Part shown: in pieces, positions 34,676 through 41,422 of the stretch
How positions within the stretch are numbered: the first letter of the stretch is position 1
Layout of the letters: every line of letters starts with the position of its first letter
NCBI GenBank assembly: GCA_964607865.1
Contig: CAZSLZ010000008.1
Coordinates: 1-41,422, forward strand
DNA: 41,422 nucleotides
Direction of reading: 5' to 3'
Origin: an uncultured bacterium
GTDB lineage: Bacteria; Vulcanimicrobiota; JAJTBE01; CAZSLZ01
The notes under the pieces: model-generated
Databases searched by the model: none
The model's input: only the letters and a program-made list of their open reading frames with translations
What the model was told of the DNA's origin: nothing
Made by a program: the position numbers and the translations under genes

Positions 34676-35920
34676 CTAATTTTCTTTATATTCTTCGAAA
34701 ACATCCAGTATCCGGTCATAGTTTTCAAAAAATGCCTTGGTAACACCGGGATCAAAATGGGTCCCTGTATCATTGAACAGAATCTTTTCTACTTTCTGCA
34801 GTGGAAACGCAGGTTTGTAACAACGTTTCTGGGTGAGGGCGTCAAACACATCAGCCACAGCTACTATTCTGCCTTCAATGGGAATTTCTTCGCCTTTTTT
34901 CCCCTCAGGGTAACCGGTTCCGTCCCACTTTTCATGATGGGTAAGGGCAACCACCTGAGATTTTTTTATAATTTTGTGTTTGGAGCCCGCCAGTATTTTG
35001 GAGCCGAACACGGTATGTTTTTTCATGGTTTCCCGTTCTTCGTCGGTGAGTTTGCCGGGTTTTAACAGAATTGCATCGGGTACCCCAATTTTTCCTATAT
35101 CGTGCATGGGTGAAGTGAACAGAATTTCTTCAGCTTCCTCGTTGCTGAAACCCAGCCCCTCGGCGATTACTCTGCTGTATAAGCTCATTCTTTTCACGTG
35201 CCAGGCGGTATCTTCGTCCCTGAATTCCGCTGCCACCGATAACCTCTGCATCATTTCAAGGCTGGTGGATTTCAACTCTTCCCTCATTTTGGCCATTTCC
35301 ACAGCTACTGCTGCCTGGCTTGCCAGAGAAAGGGTAAGTTTTTCATATTCCTTTTTAAATGAGACTACTTTTCCCTTGAGATCCAGGGAATTGATTAACT
35401 GAATAACCCCAATGGTTTCGCCGTTGGCGTTTGTCATGGGGACTACCAGCATGGATTTTGCCCGGTAACCCGATTCCCTGTCAAATCTTTTATTGAATTT
35501 ATAGGGTACATTCGGCGGAAGACGATAAACGTCTTTCAGGTTTACCGTATCTCCAGTGGTGGCTACATAGCCGGCGATGTTGTTCATACTTATGGGCATC
35601 AGAAAATTAGGAAGTCTGTCATCTTCGGGAGTTTGATCGTAAATTTTCTGAAGGGTATCATTCTGGCTTACTTCAAATCTCAGGTTGTCACCCTCAACCA
35701 GGTAAAGGGTGCCGGCGTCGGCCCGGGTAAAACGTCGGGCTTCGGTTACAATCTTGGTCAGTAGTTTATCCAGCCGTCTTTCGTTGTTCAGGGCAATACC
35801 TATATTAATAAGTTCATCAAGTTTCTGTTTTTCATCCAGAACCACTTCAGCCACACCGGAATCGGTATCTATTTCCAGCATTTTATCATCTCCTTTTTGG
35901 GTCTCTTTCTTAATTATCAT
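34676..35920 (-). CDS. GAF-domain HD-GYP phosphodiesterase
   Basis: The N-terminal GAF domain is ARRFTRADAGTLYLVEGDNLRFEVSQND. The C-terminal HD-GYP domain contains HVKRMSLYS...SPMHDIGKIGVPD...HHEKWDGTGYPEG, i.e. the HD and GYP motifs. Confidence 0.8.
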   Translation of the reverse strand: MIIKKETQKGDDKMLEIDTDSGVAEVVLDEKQKLDELINIGIALNNERRLDKLLTKIVTEARRFTRADAGTLYLVEGDNLRFEVSQNDTLQKIYDQTPEDDRLPNFLMPISMNNIAGYVATTGDTVNLKDVYRLPPNVPYKFNKRFDRESGYRAKSMLVVPMTNANGETIGVIQLINSLDLKGKVVSFKKEYEKLTLSLASQAAVAVEMAKMREELKSTSLEMMQRLSVAAEFRDEDTAWHVKRMSLYSRVIAEGLGFSNEEAEEILFTSPMHDIGKIGVPDAILLKPGKLTDEERETMKKHTVFGSKILAGSKHKIIKKSQVVALTHHEKWDGTGYPEGKKGEEIPIEGRIVAVADVFDALTQKRCYKPAFPLQKVEKILFNDTGTHFDPGVTKAFFENYDRILDVFEEYKEN

Positions 35921-36030
35921 TATTTCTTTTTTTTCCTTGTAATAAAATTATCTTACTGATAAGAAAATTCAAAAAAAGGATATAATATCTGAAAGTAAAA
36001 TTATATATATCTCTAATGGAGGGAATTAAA

Positions 36031-36867
36031 ATGGAAGTAGAATTCTGGGGGACCCGGGGTTCGGTGCCCGCGCCTGGTGAGAGCACGGTGAAATATGGCG
36101 GTAATACCACCTGCCTGGAGATAAGGCTTGCCAACGGTGCTATTATTATAATAGATGCAGGTACCGGAATACGGAAACTAGGCCATAAGTTAATAAAAAC
36201 TGACAACAAGAAAATTGATATTTTTTTGACTCATCCACACTGGGATCACATTCAGGGGTTTCCTTTCTTTGCTCCCATGTATGATAAAAACAGCATTGTC
36301 CGGGTTCATGGCTGGGCCACCACCAATAGAAAAGTTCAAAACACCATTACATATCAAATGGAAGGAACCTATTTCCCCGTAGATTATTCCCAATTGGCAG
36401 CAGAAATAGATTTTATCGAAATTGATTCCAATATTCTCAACTATGAAGGTGCAACTTTATCTTTTATACGTTGTAACCATCCGGTCATCTGCCACAGCAT
36501 CAAGTTTGAGGAACAAGATAGAACCATGGTATTTATGACCGATAACGAACTGGACGCAGTCAATCCCAATACCACCTGGGAAGAATTTGTCAACTTCTGT
36601 AAGAATGCAAACCTTCTTATTCATGACGCCCAATATACTCCTGTAGAGTTGGACTCCAAAAAAGGCTGGGGCCATTCCTCGTTTATACGGGTTCTGGAAC
36701 TGGCAAACCAGGCAAATGTGGAAAAACTTTGCTTTTTTCATCACGATCCTGACCATTCCGATAAAACAATAGATGACATGGTGGAGTCTGCAAGGAAATA
36801 TATTAAAGAACAGGGCTACAAATTTGTGTTGACTGCGGCAAAAGAAAACCTGGTTGTGGAAGTATAA
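36031..36867 (+). CDS. MBL-fold metallo-hydrolase
   Basis: The N-terminus MEVEFWGTRGSVPAPG and the HxHxDH motif LTHPHWDHIQG are typical of the fold, along with later His/Asp ligands (HDAQY, FFHHDPDH). The start is ATG 36031, with a GGAGGG 8 nt upstream. The track ORF starts at an ATG that lies inside the SD. Confidence 0.7.
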   Translation: MEVEFWGTRGSVPAPGESTVKYGGNTTCLEIRLANGAIIIIDAGTGIRKLGHKLIKTDNKKIDIFLTHPHWDHIQGFPFFAPMYDKNSIVRVHGWATTNRKVQNTITYQMEGTYFPVDYSQLAAEIDFIEIDSNILNYEGATLSFIRCNHPVICHSIKFEEQDRTMVFMTDNELDAVNPNTTWEEFVNFCKNANLLIHDAQYTPVELDSKKGWGHSSFIRVLELANQANVEKLCFFHHDPDHSDKTIDDMVESARKYIKEQGYKFVLTAAKENLVVEV

Positions 36868-36932
36868 ATTAAATTTCTGTTTTTTTTTGTGTGGTTGGCA
36901 AATCAAAGTTTACTCCATTTTTCTGATAAATT

Positions 36933-39437
36933 ATGCGAAAATTTCTATTATCAATATTAATAAAAGATTTTTCCTATTTACATGTTAAAAACTATACAAA
37001 AATCTATTTAAACCTGATAGAGTTTTTTGATCATGTCTTGATTGCCGGTGATGAAGCCAAATTAACCCTTTTAAAACAGGCCGATAAACTGACTCTGGAA
37101 GACATAAATTCTATTGCCGATTTTGGCAGTGATATTGTCCAGACTCATAATAAAAAAGGGAAATTATCATCCAGGACTTTGGTGTTTTTATTTTTCAGGG
37201 ATGGAATAAACCAGGGCAAAATAGACAGTATATTGAGCTTGGAAGTTTTCAGGAAATCCAAGTTTGCGCCGGTAATTGTTGATGAAACCAATAACAGGTT
37301 AATTTATAATAAATGGAAAATTCCCATTGCTTTCCTGGCCGAATTGAACCAAATCCAAAAAAAGATTTCGAGCAGTTCGCCAGAGAAGATCAGGGAAATT
37401 GAAACTGAACCTCTTTCCCTGGAAGAAATAAAAAATATCGGCAAAATCGAGGGTTTTCGAAAAGCCCTTTTCGATTCCAGGCCATATGCCACCTGGGTAT
37501 TATTGTTTATAAATGCAGCTGTCTGGGTATATATGGCTCTCCATAATGGCCCTGACTCCTCTGAAACTTTAATCGATATGGGAGCCAAGGTAGCGCCGCT
37601 GATCTGGCAGGGACAGTTATGGAGGCTCATCACTCCTGCTTTCCTGCATGTGAACCTGCTTCACCTGGCTACCAACTGTGTTGTGATTTTTTTCATTGGC
37701 CCCATTCTGGAAGCTATGCTGGGGCGCTGGAGGTTTGTTTTTGTATATTTAATGGGCGGTCTTTTGGGCAATTTATTAAGTGTCAGGTTTTCACCTTATC
37801 TGTCAGCAGGGGCGTCCTCGTCGGTTTTTGGCCTGCTGGGGGCGCTGCTGATTTATGGTTATAACTATCGGCGATTCATACCCAGAAACTTCTATAAAAT
37901 TATAAGTTTATATATCTTTCCTCTTTTAATATATAATCTGGCAATTGGTTTTTTATACCCCCATCTGGATAATTTTGCCCATATCGGCGGGCTTCTGGGT
38001 GGAATACTTTCCGCCGGCATCCTCAGTGTTGAATATCCCAGAAACCTTAAGAAAAATGTGAAAACCCCTCTGCTTGCCGGCTGGTCGGTGTTAATGCTAA
38101 TATTGGTTTTTCTTGCTTTCAGGCCTTACCCTGAAGCATATAAAATATTTTATTTCATTCGCGGTAATATTGAAAGTAACCGAAGCAATTATGTCCCAGC
38201 TATCTCTTATTACAAACAAAGCCTTCAGCTGGAACCGGATTTTCAAAATGCAAGGGAAAGCCTGGCAAGAACCTATGCAGCTCTGGGTTTGAAGTATTAC
38301 AATAAAGGAAAATACAACCAGGCTTTCATTTATCTGTCTGAAGCTATACAAAACCTTGAAATTAACAGAGAAAACAATAAACTGCTGTTTTTTATCTACG
38401 AAAAACTCGGGCAGTGTTATGATCAGAAGAATATAAACGAAGCTGCCATAAACAGTTTTAAAAAAGCTCTGGTATTTTATCCTTTTGTCAGCCCCGTTTA
38501 TAAAAATCTTTCCCGGCAATACCTTATTCTATCGCGGAAAGCCTTGCTTGACGGATCTTTTTCAAGAGCAATTGAGTTGGGAAATTTATCATTGAAAAAT
38601 GATAACATAAGCTCGGGAATGAATCTGTTGCTTGAAAAGTTTCCGGGCATATTTGATTACAACAGCCTTACTGTCAGGTTTCAGCTGGGTTATCTTTATT
38701 TTCTGGATATGAATTTTAATGAAGCTGTCCGGTTATGGAAGCAGGGCGGTGAGCTGATTTTTGGTAAAATCCAGAGCCGGGAGCGGATAGAAACTTTTAT
38801 TTTTAAGAATCTATGGTATGGCCCCAAAATTATTTATCTGCCAGGGAATTTTGATTATCAGGCGTTGAACAGAGCGATTTCAGGCCATAAGATCCTGGTA
38901 AAGTCCGGAGATTATGAAAAAGCACAGAAATATTTTAAACAGGCCCTGGAAATATCTCCTGAATTTACACCGGCACTGGTGAGCCTGGCAAAAATTCAGT
39001 TATATCTTAATAATTTTGAAGAAGCAGAAAAGCTATTGAGCAGGGCGGATGAAATTGATTCTGAAAATTGGGAAATTAATACTGTATCAGCCATGGTGGA
39101 GTTGGAAAAAGGCAACTACAATGAGGCTTTTCAACTTGTGAACGCCAGCCTGGAAAAAAAGCCTGATTATCCCATGGGGTTGGCAACGAAAGCTGAAATA
39201 TTCAAGCAGCAGGGGGATGAGAAGGAAGCTATGCGATATTTTGAAAAGGCTCTGGATAATTATCCCCAACAGGCTGTATGGCAGGCAAAATTGGCTTTTG
39301 AATATAAAAAAGCTGGCGATTTCAAAAACTTTTTTAATGCTGCCAATTCCGCCCTGACTTATGCGGAAAACCAGGGGAGGCTTCAACTGGAATTATTAAT
39401 CCGCAGCTTACTTGCCCGTACCGGGGAAGAGATTTAA
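36933..39437 (+). CDS. Rhomboid-family intramembrane serine protease with an N-terminal cytoplasmic domain of about 190 aa and a C-terminal TPR-repeat array of about 400 aa
   Basis: The rhomboid core is WRLITPAFLHVNLLHLATNCVVIFFIGPILE...GASSSVFGLLGALL (Ser in a GxSx motif) ...FAHIGGLLGG (His), with a seventh TM (LLAGWSVLMLILVFLAF). After that come multiple TPR-like repeats (YYKQSLQLEPDFQNARESLARTYAALG, AQKYFKQALEISPEFTPALVSLAKIQLYLNNFEEAEKLLSRADEID, AMRYFEKALDNYPQQA). Confidence 0.7.
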   Translation: MRKFLLSILIKDFSYLHVKNYTKIYLNLIEFFDHVLIAGDEAKLTLLKQADKLTLEDINSIADFGSDIVQTHNKKGKLSSRTLVFLFFRDGINQGKIDSILSLEVFRKSKFAPVIVDETNNRLIYNKWKIPIAFLAELNQIQKKISSSSPEKIREIETEPLSLEEIKNIGKIEGFRKALFDSRPYATWVLLFINAAVWVYMALHNGPDSSETLIDMGAKVAPLIWQGQLWRLITPAFLHVNLLHLATNCVVIFFIGPILEAMLGRWRFVFVYLMGGLLGNLLSVRFSPYLSAGASSSVFGLLGALLIYGYNYRRFIPRNFYKIISLYIFPLLIYNLAIGFLYPHLDNFAHIGGLLGGILSAGILSVEYPRNLKKNVKTPLLAGWSVLMLILVFLAFRPYPEAYKIFYFIRGNIESNRSNYVPAISYYKQSLQLEPDFQNARESLARTYAALGLKYYNKGKYNQAFIYLSEAIQNLEINRENNKLLFFIYEKLGQCYDQKNINEAAINSFKKALVFYPFVSPVYKNLSRQYLILSRKALLDGSFSRAIELGNLSLKNDNISSGMNLLLEKFPGIFDYNSLTVRFQLGYLYFLDMNFNEAVRLWKQGGELIFGKIQSRERIETFIFKNLWYGPKIIYLPGNFDYQALNRAISGHKILVKSGDYEKAQKYFKQALEISPEFTPALVSLAKIQLYLNNFEEAEKLLSRADEIDSENWEINTVSAMVELEKGNYNEAFQLVNASLEKKPDYPMGLATKAEIFKQQGDEKEAMRYFEKALDNYPQQAVWQAKLAFEYKKAGDFKNFFNAANSALTYAENQGRLQLELLIRSLLARTGEEI

Positions 39438-39457
39438 CTGTATTTACAGTTGTTATA

Positions 39458-39793
39458 TTAAACCCAGATTGCCAGAAAAGCCATGAGGGCGAGTCCCAGG
39501 GTGGCCAGTGTAAATTTGGCCCATTTATCGGCGGGGTCTATGAATTCCCGATGAAAGCTCTCCAATAATGCCACATACAGAAAGGTGCCTGCCGCCAGGG
39601 TATCAAAAAGTTGATGACCAGTGTCTGGGTATTGCCTGACAGAAGGCTTACCAGGGTTGCACCCAGCAGGATTCCCATGGGGGTCATTAATGAAAAGAAA
39701 ATGATGGTATTGAAAATCCTTTTTTTTATCAATTCCTGCCCTGAACAGGTTGACTCCCAGAGCGAAAGCCGCTGCCCCCTTATGAACAATCAA
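39458..39793 (-). pseudogene. Frameshifted 3' remnant of a ZIP-family (ZupT-like) metal transporter gene
   Basis: Two overlapping minus-strand frames each carry ZIP C-terminal signatures: NTIIFFSLMTPMGILLGATLVSLL (39538-39789 frame) and LFDTLAAGTFLYVALLESF...LGLALMAFLAIWV (39458-39793 frame). No N-terminal half, start or RBS is present. Confidence 0.5.
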
Positions 39794-39972
39794 AGCAACA
39801 AATTTTCTTGTTGAATTGAATAATTATTTAGCTATTGTATATTTTTTCTTTTGTAAAAACCATGAATTCAGGGAATTGAAATTATTAGAAACTGATATAG
39901 CTTTTTATCAAGAAGGGAAAAGATGATTAAAGCATAAATAGAAAATATTGAATATTACTGAAAGGAGTTAAT

Positions 39973-41100
39973 ATGAAAAAGAAAATTATTTTAGTTTTAT
40001 TGTTAACCTTATTTATTCTCGGCCCCGCCATGGTTTCAGCCCAGGAAAAGGAATGCCCGGCACCCAGGGATATTATGATCCTGGATGAGGAACATTTTCA
40101 GGAAAAGATTCTTGCCCCGGAAAATTTCACCGGTGTAAGATTCAGTGGTGATTCTAAAAAGCTTTTCGTAATGCAGCATGGCTTTGGAAGGCCCAACCTT
40201 CTGATTGTCTATGATCTGGCAAAAAAGGAACTGGAAGGAATTCATCCTCTGGATGTTTCTCAGGTATCGGCGTTTGTTCCCAGTTTTGACGGTTCAAAAG
40301 TATTTCTGGTATTGGATCATGGCAGAATGGCAGTTGAATATAATTTGAAACAACTGGAAACTGTGGTTGTATATGAAAAGAAAAAAGACGGCTTCCGTTT
40401 TGAAAGGCCGATTTTTGTGAGTTCAGATAAAGCAGGCCTGGTTTGGACCCGGGGTTATTTTTTGAAGGATGATAAAAATCAGGGAGATTTTTTAGTTTCT
40501 TTTGAAACTGGAACAAATGAAGAAGCCACCATAAAAAAACAGGTAGATTTATGGAAGTTGATAGATAATACCAAGTATAAAAATGACAAAAACGCCAAAA
40601 TCGTATCTTTGTTCCCCAGCCCCTTTGCAGCTGCAGTTGCTTATGTTATTCAGAATAAGATTGATTCGGGTACTGTGTATCTTTCAAAGCCCAGGCTGGA
40701 TAAATACACCCAGCTCGAAGACGGCAAAGTATTTACTTCATTGTCCCTTTCCAATGATGGGAAGAAACTTGTTTATGGAATCATGACGACTGAAGACAAG
40801 CGGGAGCTGGTAGTTTACGATTTCAGTGAAAACAGGAGAAGAGTTATTGCCAGGGGTTCTTATATACAGCCTTTCATGGCGCCCCAGGGCGATCTGCTGA
40901 TGGTATCTCAGTTGAATGCCAGAAAATCTTCCCAGAAGATTTTTTATGGCACAGAAGAAGACAAATGGGAATTAAAACCCATGAAGATAAACGGGTGGCA
41001 GAATGATGCTGAGGACAGGGTTGCCATATATCAACTGGCTCCCGATGGCAGAACCTTTTTTATCTGGTCAAAAGATAGTATCATAGTGGGAAAATTTTAA
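39973..41100 (+). CDS. Secreted hypothetical protein, possibly a TolB-like beta-propeller
   Basis: The signal peptide is MKKKIILVLLLTLFILGPAMVSA. Repeated segments match the propeller-blade pattern DGxKxhh..........D (SFDGSKVFLVLD, SNDGKKLVYGIMT, APDGRTFFIWSKD). An AAAGGAG RBS lies upstream. Confidence 0.5.
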   Translation: MKKKIILVLLLTLFILGPAMVSAQEKECPAPRDIMILDEEHFQEKILAPENFTGVRFSGDSKKLFVMQHGFGRPNLLIVYDLAKKELEGIHPLDVSQVSAFVPSFDGSKVFLVLDHGRMAVEYNLKQLETVVVYEKKKDGFRFERPIFVSSDKAGLVWTRGYFLKDDKNQGDFLVSFETGTNEEATIKKQVDLWKLIDNTKYKNDKNAKIVSLFPSPFAAAVAYVIQNKIDSGTVYLSKPRLDKYTQLEDGKVFTSLSLSNDGKKLVYGIMTTEDKRELVVYDFSENRRRVIARGSYIQPFMAPQGDLLMVSQLNARKSSQKIFYGTEEDKWELKPMKINGWQNDAEDRVAIYQLAPDGRTFFIWSKDSIIVGKF

Positions 41101-41121
41101 ATCTTTTTAATATGAAATATT

Positions 41122-41152
41122 AAAACCACCTTTATTAAGGGTGGTTTTTTAA
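41122..41152 (+). terminator. Rho-independent terminator aaccacc-tttattaag-ggtggtt followed by TTTTAAT
   Basis: A 7-bp stem and a T-run lie 22 nt after the stop. Confidence 0.6.
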
Positions 41153-41164
41153 TGTATTCTGTTT

Positions 41165-41340
41165 CTCAGAAGTCCGTCACATTTCCATAGTCCGTTATGT
41201 TGTCATTGCCAACAATATGTTCCCCCATTCCAAATGAGGAGAGATCGCCACGCATCCTGTGGATGCTCGTGATGACGAATTCTGTGTAGATTTCGTTTTT
41301 TCTTTCAACAATCGTTGAAGTTTTCTGGAAATCAGTATAT
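41165..41340 (+). repeat. Mosaic structured intergenic repeat, copy 4 (modules C, B and D)
   Basis: The region 41235-41277, ggagagatcgccacgcatcctgtggatgctcgtgatgacgaa, is module B. The region 41283-41337 matches the 3' tail of copy 1 (461-515). The region 41207-41240 matches the C module of copy 3. Confidence 0.65.
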
Positions 41341-41422
41341 AAAAATTTTTCAAAATCAAGTTTTTACAAGAATTTGTTAAGAAGATTTAACAGTAATTAT
41401 TAAGAATTCATAACAAAAAAAT

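Noticed and set aside
36457-36906. A 149-aa minus-strand ORF overlaps the MBL hydrolase gene.
   Set aside because: It is antisense to a gene with a clear HxHxDH motif and a strong SD. It has no RBS.
39794-39972. Looked for an IS element or transposase remnant next to the truncated ZIP gene.
   Set aside because: The 180-nt gap is AT-rich promoter-like sequence with no inverted terminal repeats or transposase-like ORF. The deletion mechanism is therefore unexplained.
1-41422. Looked for a CRISPR array, given four dispersed repeats and a WYL regulator.
   Set aside because: The repeats are 100-180 nt long, irregularly spaced and 6-20 kb apart, not 28-37-nt repeats with uniform spacers. No cas genes are present.

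Overview
This is a 41.4 kb window from an AT-rich bacterial genome with Gram-negative-type lipoproteins and split gcvPA/gcvPB genes, probably an anaerobe and possibly a MAG. It has about 45 protein-coding genes and no rRNA, tRNA or CRISPR. Working from the left, the window opens with the C-terminal end of an ankyrin-repeat gene, followed by a two-gene encapsulin operon: a family-1 shell protein and a ferritin-like cargo carrying a C-terminal targeting peptide. Next comes a minus-strand stress cluster of three paralogous coiled-coil proteins, two BON-domain proteins and a UspA. Then follows a large protein fusing N-terminal ankyrin repeats to the C-terminal half of an alpha-2-macroglobulin (TED, MG8 and RBD), with no signal peptide and no thioester. 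Next is an Nramp-family transporter whose metal-site residues look like the Mg-selective NRMT type. After that comes a nitrilase-superfamily homolog missing the catalytic Glu and Cys, then an orphan Cys/His-rich type IV pilin-like gene behind a textbook sigma70 promoter, and an exopolysaccharide pair (WecB/TagA-family transferase and a sugar nucleotidyltransferase). The middle of the window carries gcvH-gcvPA-gcvPB (no gcvT), then recF with a DciA-like DUF721 gene, a GltS-like symporter, HtrA, RsfS, NadD, an S51-like peptidase, AckA and a YlbL-like PDZ-Lon peptidase. The right-hand end holds a WYL-domain regulator, a GAF-HD-GYP phosphodiesterase, an MBL-fold hydrolase, a rhomboid protease with a C-terminal TPR array, a frameshifted ZIP-transporter remnant and a secreted beta-propeller-like protein. 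The feature least explained by gene annotation is a mosaic, structured intergenic repeat family present in four copies, all of which share a GATC-containing hairpin module. In addition, a short conserved GGGACAGC hairpin occurs in five places at gene ends. All calls come from reading the translations and sequence by eye, and no database searches were run.
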